Counted from the whole stretch's first letter, positions 50,618 through 63,957 are shown. The stretch is 63,957 nt of DNA, filler included, from Phoronis australis (GCA_002633005.1; 12 parts of 12 records of this genome joined end to end with filler, not necessarily neighbours in it); one strand, 5' to 3'. Numbers and translations: made by a program. The notes: a model not told the origin generated them from the letters alone.

Positions 50618-51822
50618 GGCAGTGACCAATTTTGATACAATGGAATACGTAGGTTTCCAAGGCGGTTTGAAGTGGTTACCAGAAAAGTTGATCTAGATCA
50701 ACTTTTGAGTGTCATTCTCTTGGCTCCCCTGACCACACCCACTAAAGCAAACTTGCCAGACGGCCACTTCCAAGTACGAGGATACCCATAGAGCACTGAG
50801 GCACCAAAGAAAATTGGTTACCTTTTCATGCCCAAAAAACTCTGGGATCCCGGTCTATCATGACCTTATGCGCTTCGTTAGTTTAATGTGCCAGTGATAG
50901 GCAGTGATGTAGTAGGTCTGTCTTTTGTCTGTGTACATGTTTATACGGTAAGCCTAATGAAATCTTGGAAGCATGAAAGAGCAGGTCCCGGTTTTGGAAT
51001 TAGTTAATTCTGTTAGAATGTGAACCAGTTTCCCAACGATATGTACAGTATTGTGATGGCATATTCTAATAAACCACATGATGAGGTCATGGTGAGTCTA
51101 TTCCTCCTCCCCCTGTCCCAAACCAGCATCTTTTCCAAGCCCCCTCCCCTCTCGAGTGATGACTACGTCAGTAAAGCCCCAAGAAATGGTTTCAAGACAT
51201 TTTATTTCGAGTTTTACATAGCCCAATAATTTCAGCACAGGTTCAAGATGAAAAAAATTATCAACAAACTACACTATATCAAATATGGGTGATGACAGAA
51301 GGATTGGTTCCCTCCCAACAGAAATGAGTTTCAAACAACCTTAGTATCTCACTGGGTTGTATGGATATGTTCTCTATTGTTTAGGACGTTTGCTTAATAA
51401 AGTGGGGGACCACACTTCATACAGCCCTAACTGCATTCCTCAACACCTGACTTCACAGGATGCACTAAGTCATACATGTAGATTACATCACTGTCCAATG
51501 ATACATCACAAACAAATATCTTGTAGAAAACTGTCGCAAAAGCACATCATGAATGTTTATCGTCTCCATTTTGAGTAGTTGATGTCACCTGAGATGATTG
51601 CCTTTTGCCTTGCTTCAGACCCTGGAAACAGACGAGCGTGATAAGAGAGCCTACTAAGCCNAAGTACGAGGATACCCATAGAGCACTGTGGCACCAAAGA
51701 AAATTGGTTACCTTTTCATGCCNNNNNNNNNNNNNNNNNNNNNNNNNNNNNNNNNNNNNNNNNNNNTTAATTAATTAANNNNNNNNNNNNNNNNNNNNNN
51801 NNNNNNNNNNNNNNNNNNNNNN

Positions 51823-52165
51823 GACCACTGAATAGAAGACTGTACATGTATGACCAATGAATAGAAGACAGTGTACATGTATGACCACCGAATAGACGAT
51901 AGTGTACATGTATGACCACTGAATAGAAGACGGTGTACATGTATGGCCACTGAATAGAAGACGGTGTACATGTATGACCACGGAATAGAAGACGGCGTAC
52001 ATGTATGACCACCGAATAGAAGACAGTGTACATGTATGACCACTGAATAGAAGACAGTGTACATGTATGACCACTGAATAGAAGATAGTGTACATGTATG
52101 ACCACTGAATAGAAGACAGTGTACATGTATGGCCACGGAATAGAAGATAGTGTACATGTATGGCC
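51823..52165. repeat. Minisatellite, 31-bp unit GACCACTGAATAGAAGACAGTGTACATGTAT, ~11 copies
   Basis: Head-to-tail array without spacers. Confidence 0.95.
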
Positions 52166-53079
52166 ATGAAATTTTTGTGTAAGGTTGCAACACTACACAG
52201 AGTATACAGGCTACATAGCATTATGTTTCTCAGACTTTGAAGTCCTACAACTCACCTGTCCTTCAACTTATACAATGAAGTCAGCTGAAGCAGCTCCATA
52301 GCCAGCATTTTGCAATACCACGATGCAACTGTTGTGGATTATCCAGGTGCATAATACAGAGAATGAAGATTATTGTGTTTTGATTCCATTGCACACAGAG
52401 TTTTATTTTAGTACGCTGAATATTACCAGATGGTTATAAACATTGCTTTCAAGATCTTACAAAACTAAGCTTTTTCAAATTCATACAAAACATGAAAAAT
52501 AAGTATCACTAGATTAAATATTAAAATTCTAAATTCATGCACAAAATAATTATTAACAATCGACTTTGCACACAAGAAGTGCACACTAAAATGCATAATA
52601 ATAATAAAAATTGACAACTCTTTATTTTTTCAGGATACCTGTGAGTAGCCACATCTCATATGAGACATTAGCCAAATAATACATGGCATTTGAACCTGTC
52701 AAAGGTCACTTTTAATAAGAGACGAGAAGTGCAGCATACTTTGACAACAATTGGTGTGAATTTAAAGTAGTCCTGCCAGTTAAACATTAATTACAACAAT
52801 CATTTCAAATAAAATGTCAAAATGAACAAGAAAATCACATGACAAAATGTCAACTGGTATCTTGTAATGACCACAAATATAAGAAGATTGCAACACAACT
52901 ACAATGTCAACACTAATATCGTTTAAGACAAACTAAAACATTCCTCTAAAGCTACTGATAAGTTAACACATGAGTAGCTGTAGTATTTGTAGAGTACACA
53001 GCCATTAATGGAGAACATTGCTCATTTAAAGGTCTGGAGCATCTGACGGGAAACCCAGCACTTCTCAGTCCTACCAAAC

Positions 53080-53480
53080 TTATAACTGTACAAATGTCCA
53101 GCAGTGCACCCAGCACCTCAGACCATTACAGTTATATCAAACTTTTAGTGTACAAATGTCNTATAACTGTACAAATGTCCAGCAGTGCACCCAGCACCTC
53201 AGACCATTACAGTTATATCAAACTTTTAGTGTACAAATGTCCGGCAGTACACCTAGCACCTCTCAGACCATTACAGCGAAACCACACTTATAACTACAAA
53301 TGTCCAGCAGTACACCAAGTACCTCTCATACCATTACAGTTATGTCACACTTATAACTGTACAAATGTCCGGCAGTACACCAAGTACCTCTCATACCATT
53401 ACAGTTATGTCACACTTATAACTGTACAAATGTCCGGCAGTACACCCAGCACCTCTAAGACCATTACAGTTATACCACAC
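53080..53480. repeat. Tandem repeat, ~65-bp unit, ~6 copies
   Basis: TTATAACTGTACAAATGTCC.GCAGTACACC...ACCATTACAGTTAT recurs (e.g. 53351 and 53416). Confidence 0.9.
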
Positions 53481-53917
53481 GAACTGCAAAATCCTAGTCT
53501 GACAGTAGACTCTTATCTAGCACGCACATAATTCACAGTACAAAATACTGAACAAAAAATTCTACGGGTACACAATTTTTGTGTCATAATGTCATATTAC
53601 AAAAATATACATACTAGTAGAATCCAATTACTACAGGAATTACATCCAAATTATGAATAGCACTCAAGTCAATTTGATCAGCTACAGCCGACTTCAGAGT
53701 CACCTAGTGGCATGTGTTGACACCCTTCCTTGATGACACAAACATGGAGGACCCAGCCAACTCTAGTCCAGTCATACACTAACAAATGTTCCCTAACTCA
53801 TTGCTCAAGTTCACCCCTAGCCGTGCATATTGTTCGATCACAACCTGCCTCCAAGCCTTACACTTTAACAACCAATATATGCCGACTATAGCAGTCATCA
53901 CAACAGCCACTCTGTAT

Positions 53918-54410
53918 TTACTGAGACATGCCGTACAGCTGATTTGTGACTAACACAGGGGTACGCACTTCATGCTCGGCTCCCCTGGGTTCAGCACTCT
54001 CGTATAAATCATTTCTGACCATCTCAACAGGTCCAGTAGTCACTGTATCCTCAACAGTCTCACCCTCAGCTGCTTCGTCGTAAGACGGCGGTAGACCAGG
54101 AGGGAAGTAAGTGGGAGGGGGAGTGTTGGGAACAGCATATTGGTTAACTTGAGGTACAGCATATTCACTGTCACATCTCGCCAGCTCTGCTGCCTCATTT
54201 TTCTTATTGGCACTGGTGTCGCGGCTCAACAGAGAACAGTTACTGTAAGTGTTGTGAGTGGGTGAGGCAAGCGGTGCTGCTTCAGCTCCGCCCACTTCTG
54301 TGTACTCTGTCTCGTTGATATCACTGTATACATTGACATCCATCCTCTGGTCTATGTACTGATTATTGTGAAATGAGACCGTCTGCTCCTCACAGGAGTG
54401 CTTTTTTCTC
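53918..54410 (-). CDS. Terminal exon encoding the cytoplasmic tail of a probable single-pass receptor
   Basis: Acceptor TTTTTAG, then a basic stop-transfer segment RRKK and ~163 aa of disordered sequence with VYSDI, EYTEV, SEYAVP, NQYAVP, PPTY, PPSY, NDLY and NQLY. Confidence 0.7.
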
Positions 54411-55323
54411 CTAAAAACACAAATGCATGACTGAGAGAACACTGTCAAAGGTCAAAGCAACGTGCTGCCACCTATGGTTATTTTTGTTACTATGACTGCT
54501 TGAATAACCAGATTTTATCTAGCAAAAGAGTTTCACCACAATTTTGTAAAGATAACAGTTTGTAACTCGGTGGAAGTCCTTTTCAAAGGCTTTAACTATG
54601 CAAATTGGAACTAAATTTTTTATGTATTTGCTCTGTCAAATGGAGTTTAACTGTTGTTTCTGTGATATGATATTCTACTCAAATACGATCTTGGAGGTGG
54701 CAGTGAATGGCGCTTCAAACAATGTATTTGCCCAGCTGATAACTAAAATGTTCCTAACATGTTGAATTTGTGTAACGTAATAAATTTTATGTCCTGACGT
54801 GTTAAACTTTGGTCCTTCCATGACAAACTATAGGTCCTGGCGAGATAAATTTTGGTTTTGAGCATATTTTTGGTCCTGCAGAAAATAAATTCTTGAAAAG
54901 AAAATTTGTATCCCTGAATATTTTCCGCTTCGGCTTTCCATATATAATGTCCCTTCCAGCCATTGGCAGAAGAATAATTCTTCAACCTGGCGGAACAACA
55001 CATCCTCAGAATACAGTTTCTCATGTACTAACAGCATTTACTCCCATCGACATAAAATAATTAGAAATGACAAACCGTTATTTCCACATTTTTGCCCTGT
55101 AATTAATTCTGTGGAATTTTCTCTCCTAAAATTAGACAGCGATGCAAAGACACCAAGCAACTCTGTTTTGACAGGTTGACAGACAGGGTATTGAGGAACC
55201 ATCTTGATCAAGAACATCAACATNNNNNNNNNNNNNNNNNNNNNNNNNNNNNNNNNNNNNNNNNNNNTTAATTAATTAANNNNNNNNNNNNNNNNNNNNN
55301 NNNNNNNNNNNNNNNNNNNNNNN

Positions 55324-56775
55324 TTCGCTTCAGGAAGGGGTGCGCTTATTATAGCCCAAAGTGGTTGAAACCCGGTCTCCGAAATAGGTGAAATTGTAAG
55401 CCAGAATTCATCAAATTTACGCTCTGTGACGCATCTCTAACCTATGACAAGAGTTTCTACAAAATTGCAGTGCATTGCTATCAAACTTTACTGTTAAATT
55501 ATGAGCATCTTTCAGAAAATCCCCCAGCAGTGTGAAAACTCGCCGGCTGATGCATCACTGCCTCGTGACGCCAATAGGTCAACTTGAATTCATGAGTAAA
55601 AATATAGTTTTGACTCAACAAATTACCTGAAGTCCTCCTTAAGTTCTCAAAATAGCGTACCTAACATTTTTAAGTTCCTGTGGAGTCGGGATTAACTGCA
55701 TATAAAGTCCAAATCTGTGCTAGATCGTACTTCGCAACATGAGAAAAATCTCTGGATGAACACACATGTTGTTGTTATGTGATGTTTGTTTTGAAGTTCG
55801 TCTGCGTGTGTGAGTGACCGAGACCATGCGTGTCATCAGAGTTCATTTGCCAGAGTAAACGCCATGTAACGATCTATGTGTGCAATTAAAGAAATTAAGA
55901 CAAGCAGTACAGCAGAATGTGTTTTATTTAGCACTTGTTGATCTCATCTGCTAAATAACGCTCGAGAATTGTCTTGGTAAGGCCAATATCGAGTCGCTGG
56001 GTGACTGGATGAGTGACAGTCTAACAGTCATTTTTCGGGAGATTCGGGGGTGTAAGGGCGCGTAAGTGTTCACTGTCAATGGGTCATTTTGACTTTAAAA
56101 ACACCAATTAAGATTAATTTAATTCCTCCTAAAAAAGCGCAAACGTTTTTTACGGTATTGGAAACATTCGGAAAGAAGTGCCAGTATTTATTTCTTGCTG
56201 ATGCTATGCTACATGTTTCATCAATAGATAGTTCCCAAAGACTAACCTTCGATGACAGGTACTTGCATGAAGCACGCACTTCCTAGCCACGTGCTTTTAA
56301 CAAAGTTCAATATTTTATTAGTCTTCTATTCACGGTTTTCACATATACAAAGAAATTTGTATTCCTGTTCAGGGAAAAGATCTGTATGGGAAAGATACAA
56401 TACAATCCCTTTGACAAGTACGCTGCGTCTGTTCTGATAGGCCAGACCATAATAGGACACGTCCCTCGCAAGATCAGCAAAACTGTTGCGTTCTCTTTGA
56501 AGTACGGCGGAAGTCTGAAGTGCATAGTCACGGCTAAATACTGACATAGCGGCGAGGCTCATGGTCTACAAATTCCGTACACAATGATTTTTTCAGGACT
56601 GTCGGATCTTATTGATAAATTGAAGACGTTACTGTAGAATTTTAAAACTGAAGGCAAGGCATTTTTCGCATTTACACGGCGTTCATGGACTGGGCGCTTA
56701 TTTTAGCAAAGTCTGAAAACGCATGGGGGGGCGCTTATGGGGGCATGGGCGCTTATAAGGGCGAATTATTACGGC
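55324..56775 (+). mobile_element. DNA transposon carrying a HIRAN-like ORF, copy 2
   Basis: Colinear with copy 1; GGGCGCTTAT subterminal repeats. ORF remnant at 56322-56637 reads HGFHIYKEI.IP..G..L/NPFDKYAASVL...IIGHVPRKISK...GLQIP.TMIFSG...IDKLKTLL*. Confidence 0.75.
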
Positions 56776-59400
56776 AAATACGTTAATTAGCAAAGCGCAA
56801 AGCTCACCTCACACGCATGATGTGAGGATTTTTCGATTTCCTGGTAAAAGAAGTCCAACAACAAAGACATTCACTTCACCTCCTCATGAAGTAATGTTCT
56901 CAGGGTTCATTTCCTCACAGACGTGAGCTATGAGCTGACAGAGATAACTTGCATTTGAGACATTGAGCTCTTTGTCTGTGGTGGCCCTGACTTATAACAC
57001 TACATTGTGACTAAACCCTGAATAAAAAACGTCCTCACGCAGCTAATTTGCATTCAAGGCACATATCTCTTTGTCTGTGGTGGCCTTAGACTATAACGTG
57101 ACATCATGATTAAGCTCTGAATAAATATAAAAAAACAGATGACAGCACATACCCTCCGCAGGGCTAGTTTGGCACCGGAACTGCAGAGAGCCTTGACTCG
57201 CATGCATGTGCGCACGACAGACTTTACAGTAGGGATGATATTGAAAGGCACTGGAAGCGTTTCGCCCTTGAGAATATAATCCAGCCATAGCCCAGCGCGA
57301 GCGAACTTCCACTCTACATCTTTCCTCTCCTGTAACCAAGTGTGAACAAGTCATGAGTCATTACAATGGCAGCACAACTGGCACTTATGTATCAATACCT
57401 ACTGAGAATAATCAAAACACAAACTTATCCACCTTCCACCACAAACGACAACTTTTGATTCAGACCACATATCGTTAGGAAATTCATGTCAATTTGTTCC
57501 TGGTGAAATTAGAGTTCACTCAGTTATGAATGCACAAGACGAACTATCGTCAACATACCAGCCTAGTATCATCAATTGACAAGAGCAACGTGAAGCATTG
57601 AAATGCGCCCATGAATGCATCGCAAATGGCGTGCTTTTAGGGTTGTTTATTTGTGTCATAAAAATGGCCACTAGATGGCGTAAAAAGGTACAATCCATCC
57701 GAAAATGGGAACACGTCATTGCTTCTTTAATACAAAGCTATANNNNNNNNNNNNNNNNNNNNNNNNNNNNNNNNNNNNNNNNNNNNTTAATTAATTAANN
57801 NNNNNNNNNNNNNNNNNNNNNNNNNNNNNNNNNNNNNNNNNNGGGCCCGAGATAACGAGCTTCAGGTTGCATTTGCGACCTGAAATTTGGAAATGCGAGC
57901 TGAGATTTTTGTCAGCTCGTATCAAGTCGTAAAATGCAATCTGGAATTTCCAATGTATGCCAGTTCTTACACTTCTCTGTAGATACCTGGGAAATATTGA
58001 ATCCAACAGTTATTTGGTTGTTGCCAAATCAAGTTCAAAAGAGCGCTAATCGGGAACAGCCCTCTTCGTTGATAACTTGTAAGCATGTCGCGCGAACATG
58101 GTATAATGCAGAATTGATCTTTGATGCATTTCATTTTCTAACATTTTCAAGTAATTTTGCAAATTTCTGGATTTGGGCCACAGCATAGCACGTGATAAAA
58201 TGTCACAAAACAGTAATGTGTTTCTACTATCTCTTAAGCGATCAACTTACCAAACTTTGTGGTGGAAAAACATGACTTTTGTTCATTTTTCGAGTAAGAT
58301 GTCCTTATTACATGTACCAAATATCCATGTTGATATCGCACTGCGACACTGGCCGGTCCTGTTGTTAGCAAGAAAGCAGTCCCTGTAGACAACCGTGACT
58401 TGGAAAAGTGCGTCTCGTTTTTTTTCGCAGCAAAAGTGGAAATAGCAACCCTATTAATCGCCAAACGATGGCCACGTTTTTACTTTCAGCAATGTTTTTG
58501 GTGCTATGTGCGCAAAATTCATCTTTCACACGTTGTTGCCAACGTAAAGCGTAGGCCTACTCCAGGGATTCAAGTGTGTGAACTCTTGCGTGTGCACCAT
58601 TCCCAAGCTGCAGATCAAATGAGAACAACGACAATCCTAAATGAACGAATATACTGCCTTGGCTCTGTTAAGCATCCGGGTGCCTGTGGTTTATTTGAAA
58701 ATGAACTTAACTGATTCCCAGCAGCTATAGAAGACCCGATGCTTTACGATATTTCCTGGAACGATGTAACCCAGGACTGATATTTTCCTGTTCCGATGTT
58801 TCCCGGGGTCCATGTTCCCTAAACCGCATGTTCTATGCCCATAGCCTGCTATTGCAACTAAACGGGTAGATGAGAAATCTGCAAATGGCACTCCTTCTCT
58901 TGAAATTGAAAGTCAGTCATATTGTGCAGTTCTTTTTTAAATTCATGAATAAAAACCTCTCCTCACAATGAGCGACTTTTTTGATGTCGAATGTTTTTAA
59001 GAGTGATTTCGAGTTTTGTGAAATTCTGAGCGTTATTAATTGATGCTAATTCACCAGCTACACACAATGTGGCAGACAAGTGAAATTTTGTTTTTTACGA
59101 TAAATTGCTCGTAAAAATCGAGATTAAGAATGTTAGTGATATAAATTTTCACGTCGGCTTAAGATTTATATATTTATGTATTCTAGTTTACTGTTATCTT
59201 GTACTGTACAGCCTGAATGCCATTAATACTTGAATTACCACACCCTTCTCTGCGGAAACCCAACTGCCCTGCCTAACAAATATGTAAAACTATGGTTTTT
59301 CATACTATACGTGCTATACACTATTGGATGTGAGATGTATGAATCTTTTGACGAGTCATACATGGACGGTGTACAGAAGTTTTTCTGCATTTCTTTTCAG

Positions 59401-59545
59401 GCTAGAATTGCCCCACCAGCCAGTTAAACCTGTATTGTCTGCATTGTCTACTTTGTCAAGGCTGAGGCGAGTTTGTGTGGGGATCCGTCACTCTGTGACA
59501 AATAACAGTGACATTCAGTTCTTGCTCCACTCTATGTTAGCAAAT
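59401..59545 (+). CDS. Candidate internal exon of an unidentified gene
   Basis: TTCTTTTCAG acceptor, open frame LELPHQPVKPVLSALSTLSRLRRVCVGIRHS...MLAN, donor GTGAGT; no recognised motif. Confidence 0.3.
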
Positions 59546-61410
59546 GTGAGTACTGCTTGTGACTGACTTTTGCCCAGTCGGAAAGTGTAATATCTGATTG
59601 CTTTGAATCAGCTGAGTTGCCTTTCTTGAAATTGGTTTATTATATCCTTCATAATCACTGTTATACGACATGTGGTAATTAAAAACATTTTTTATTGATT
59701 GCAGCAGATATTCTGTTTGTGTTTATTTGCAAATACGGGACACGTTTTTTGCATGATATGAAATTTGCTCCCAGAATGCAAATTGTTTGTTTTTTTGGTT
59801 ATTTTCTCCTGTATTGCTTTCTATTTTGATTTCATTTATTTAAAACAAAATTTTCAAACAGCAAATGTTAAAAGCTCATGGTTATTGAGCAACCTGATAT
59901 TCGCTTTATTCTGGAACAGGGTGTAACTGGTTTTCACAAAGTCATGTCACATCTTTCTTACTTTTGAACTTAAAATCTTTATCTACCCAGAAAAATTCTT
60001 AGTCATAGAAATTAATCTGTTTAGCTAGACGTACGCAGTACTAAAATCCACCTGTCCATCCATTACAATCCTTCAACGATTCCTCAAGAAGAGATTGTTA
60101 CGCTCTCGAGAGCCTAATGATTTTTGTAAGTAGCACATACATGTAGTCCAGCTGAACCGGTTCAATTTCTTTGATTGTAGATTTTCTTATACAATACAGT
60201 AAAACCGTGTCATCTTTATTAGTATGATGAAGTATTGGATAAAAGGTGTGTCATTCAAAGGCTAGTTGCAAAGACACAGTTGCATCTTTATCAATTATAT
60301 TCATACTTGCATAAGACTCAGCTTGACAGGCCCAGAACATTTTCTTGGAAGACTTGGGCATCCTGGAGTTTTATAAACTTTGTACAGTATGTTTTGCCAA
60401 AATGTTTCACACTGTTAGTTAGTGGTTGGCACAGGGAAAGGTCCCTCGATTTTATATCCAAAACGATTGAGAGCAGGACTTAATCACAAGCNNNNNNNNN
60501 NNNNNNNNNNNNNNNNNNNNNNNNNNNNNNNNNNNTTAATTAATTAANNNNNNNNNNNNNNNNNNNNNNNNNNNNNNNNNNNNNNNNNNNNAGCACAAAT
60601 TCATCTGTATGGCCCTTTTTCACTATGAATTTAACCCTTATCTTATTACTATGGGTTGGGTGTACTCCATGAGAAAAGCTCGCCTGGTCTCCAGCTACAT
60701 GAGCAAAGCCCTCATACTCAGGTTTTGTTTACAACCTAGAAAGTATCAACTTACCAACCCCCTGTTGTCACTAGTAGTAGAAATAGTAAACAATGGAACT
60801 TGACACCCAGCCACAAGCTATTCACTGCCTGGCATAGTATTCTGTACACTCTATAAATGACTTTTATAAAATACTTAAAGACTTTTCGTTACAATATACA
60901 AAAACAGCACAAAAAACAATGTATGATATGACGTCGAATTTTTTTTCTACATCCAATATTTATGATTTTACAAAATAATGAGTTGATGTGAAGGTGGTGT
61001 ATGAATACTAAAGTTGCAGTAATTTTCATAATGGGCTCTGGCAATTTATTTTCGAGGTTTTCAGTTTCATTCATACACTTTTTAGAATTTCATGATATTT
61101 CCATAATAGTGGTTATAATAGTTTTACAGCTATATCATATATTGAGAACTATTTCAGTTGCGCATTGATATTTTCCTGGGTAAGCTGGTTAAGCAGATGG
61201 CACTGGTGTCATTCATGTAAATGAACACCAGTGAGTAGAGTAAGGACCAAAATAATGGCAGATTTTTTTAAAGTTGGCGACTATTGTCAAGCTGTCGATG
61301 AATGTGGACATTGGGCCGACGGCATTATTGTGTCAANAAGTTGGTTAAGCAGATGGCACTGGTGTCATTCATGTAAATGAACACCAGTGAGTAGAGTAAG
61401 GAACAAAATA

Positions 61411-61603
61411 ATGACAGATTTTTTTAAAGTTGGCGACTATTGTCAAGCTGTCGATGAATGTGGACATTGGGCCGACGGCATTATTGTGTCAAATGCAAAT
61501 GGAGAGTTTGTTGTAAAATTTCCCGGTTGGCCCGGTCATGACATTAAAGTCAATGGAAGCCAAATTAGGAAGCGATTGCTACCGAAAGAACAACATGAAC
61601 GAG
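61411..61603 (+). CDS. First exon encoding a Tudor/chromo-barrel-like domain
   Basis: MTDFFKVGDYCQAVDECGHWADGIIVSNANGEFVVKFPGWPGHDIKVNGSQIR fits the Royal-family pattern F.VG..+.A.D..G.W..A.I......V.F.GW...D; ends at donor GAG|GTAAG. Confidence 0.6.
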
Positions 61604-61764
61604 GTAAGATTATCGATTTTCTATTTACAACACATGAGATTTTTAATTATTTTGCATAACACTTTTGTTGATGAAAATCTCATTTACAATGCCTTAATAT
61701 CGATCTCTCAGTGAGCTTCAGCACCATAAAACCATGTTTTATTTTAAAAATATTTTGATTTAGG

Positions 61765-61952
61765 CAACTTCATGTTAATATGCAAATGCTTGCCTCTTAT
61801 TCTTCATTCAGTTTTGATATGTCCTATAGACTCGGGCAGAACTACCACTTTGCTATTGACAACTTCATGTTAATATACAAATGCTTGCCTCTTATTCTTC
61901 ATTCAGTTTTGATATGTCCTATAGACTCGGGCAGAGCTACCACTTTGCTATT
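61765..61952. repeat. Two-copy tandem duplication, ~95 bp
   Basis: CAACTTCATGTTAATAT.CAAATGCTTGCC...CTACCACTTTGCTATTG occurs twice with few differences. Confidence 0.85.
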
Positions 61953-63957
61953 GCCGCGAAGCATTCTTGATGCGTTCTAGGGCATGGCGAGATACTTTAA
62001 GTTGGATTTATCTAGGCAAATAACTTCAAATAATTTCACAACTAACATACCACAAGAAGCCAATACGGATGTCTAGTGATGATATATCTGCCAGTATTTC
62101 GACGAGATTTGAATCCGTAAATAAAAATAGAAGTGTATAGTTTGCCTCACATTTTTCCCATTCAGGTAGCCACTTGGGATTTCACAATTTGGAAATTTTA
62201 CAAATATTACGTCTTGAGATTATTCAGCGTTCACTGACAACGGTTGTAGCGATTGTGTACACCCGAAGAGTTAGGAATGGTTGAGATTGATGGAGTCTAT
62301 AGGTTGTTAATAATTTTTAAAGTGCTACGAATATTTGGTATATTTGGTATTCGTGTTTTTAATTGGGGTATTTCAATTTTATTTGTCTGGGTCCACAACG
62401 TCACAATGTCATATCTAATATTATTTTTAACAAAGGTCTATATGAACAAAAGTATTTCAATCACTACATAAGTTAGTTTCATTTTTTCAAATAGCCGTAT
62501 TTTTTTAAATTAATGAGCAATCTAGTATAATTTATGCCTAAGTTATTCATAATGTATCAGCCTGCCTTCTACATAGGTTTGCTCTTTCTATCATGAAGTA
62601 ATATCATGTGTTAAGTTAAATCATGTGTTAAATGGAACAGGATGGAAATGAGTTTTCTTGACAGACATGTATCACAATAGGTTTTATATTTAAGGTACCT
62701 TAATGATCTAGATAAGAATATTTATAATTTTGTCCACAATGTCTCAACACTTTTTTGATCAACTAAGATACTTTTTGAGCATTAGTGGTCCTAGGACAGT
62801 TGATATCATATACAGTTATACTAGGCNNNNNNNNNNNNNNNNNNNNNNNNNNNNNNNNNNNNNNNNNNNNTTAATTAATTAANNNNNNNNNNNNNNNNNN
62901 NNNNNNNNNNNNNNNNNNNNNNNNNNCAATTTAGGTACTGGTGAGTTAGAGACCTGCAGTCATGAGAGATCAATTTGAATATAAAATCTCCCAGTGGCTG
63001 AAGAACCCCTTCCCCTCTCAACAAAGTATATACATTTGTATATTCTGACACTGCCTGCAACTGAGAGAGGTACATGGTGCTCAAATGAAGCCAGTTACGC
63101 ATTGATCTGAAATGTATGAAATACAACAAAACAAAAAACATGGCTAAACAGAAAAATGAGTAAAAGACGTATCCTAAGCAAACAGAACATCAAAAGGCCA
63201 GTATAGGGTGAAGGCCAGCATAGGGTATTTAAAAAGAAGCAAGGGAGTATAAAATACAAGAAGGTTGATAAAACACCAGCAAATAACTGTGGAAAGAACA
63301 AGCATCAATTTCAGTGATCAGCGAGCTGGAATACAGAGCTGCCATTATCAGTTCAACTGGGATAGCAAGGGCTGTAAGTTGGTAAACGAATGTTTGCACA
63401 GTCCAGCTCTCTCACTACCTGCGTTTGTCTGATAAACCAACAAAATAAAACAATTATGTCATACACAGCACAATTGATGTTAACTAATACTTGAAAATAC
63501 ACCTGAATTAATTCTTCAAACATTTATGTCATTGAACATTTCTCTGACTCAGAACTTGACATCTTGAATGCATCGGCTACGCTTGATAAAAACATAGAGT
63601 CTTGATAGGTAGATTTTCTGTCCAAATATGCTACTATCTCTAGATAGCAAGGTGAGTAAAATGAAAAGTCACGGAATTGCTTACACTCACTACAGTTTTA
63701 TAGATTGGAGGACTGGAATTCAACTTTCGATGGCTAAGAATGGCCAATTACGCCGCCTTGTAATGCTGCAGGCATACAACCATACAGGGGTCATAGAAAA
63801 TCCCTATAAAAAGTTACTCCCCAGAGTTCAACAAAAATATCGGGTGAATAAGGTTGGAATCTATGATTTAGGAAGAGAGAAAACTGGACCTGAAAATGTC
63901 CAAACAAAATTGTTTCCTTTGACCCCGTGCTCAAGTTTGAGACACTTGCATGTTCCT

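Noticed and set aside
51662-51722. 61-bp copy of 50772-50832 suggesting LTRs
   Set aside because: Sits between a single N and a gap; too short, and probably an assembly remnant.
51767-52221. Three overlapping 119-148 aa ORFs and a CRISPR-like 31-bp periodicity
   Set aside because: Head-to-tail minisatellite with no unique spacers and no cas genes; the ORFs arise from a stop-free repeat unit and run into an N gap.
53081-53240. Exact ~80-bp duplication and the 145-aa ORF 53094-53531
   Set aside because: The duplication flanks a single N (assembly overlap), and the ORF is a translation of the tandem repeat.
58500-58640. Possible DIRS RNase H fragment (AWEWC...IPGV) on the minus strand
   Set aside because: Too short, interrupted by a stop, and the downstream N..AD motif is absent.
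61182-61496. Apparent tandem duplication of the Tudor-like exon start
   Set aside because: Near-identical copies separated by a single N; most likely an unmerged contig overlap or two haplotypes.
62927-63957. Hydrophobic minus-strand ORFs resembling a membrane protein
   Set aside because: Explained by A-rich plus-strand composition; no splice structure or motif.

Overview
Eukaryotic (invertebrate-type, AT-rich, intron-rich) draft-genome window. It consists of 12 contigs joined by ~100-bp artificial N-TTAATTAATTAA-N spacers, so adjacency across spacers is unproven. Hand-splicing supports four things. (i) The last four exons (polo-box domain) of a polo-like kinase on the + strand, tail-to-tail with (ii) a 7-exon partial C19orf44/DUF4614 homologue on the - strand. 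(iii) A complete 3-exon, 436-aa gene (-, 31650-35820) for a predicted secreted protein: signal peptide, three 32-aa coiled-coil repeats, then a C-type-lectin-like domain whose long loop is replaced by an entire TLDc domain encoded on its own phase-1/phase-1 exon; this is the most unusual object here. (iv) Isolated exons of a PLP-dependent D-cysteine desulfhydrase-like enzyme, a Tyr-motif-rich receptor tail, a Tudor/chromo-barrel protein and an F-box-like first exon. The rest is mostly transposon debris: CR1-type and L1/Tx1-type LINE fragments, an RNase H-bearing retroelement with a 7-bp TSD nested in a repeat, a TTAA-flanked Kolobok-like element, two copies of a DNA transposon carrying a HIRAN-like ORF, THAP remnants, MITEs, a tRNA-derived SINE and tandem repeats. 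All protein calls come from motif recognition, not database searches.
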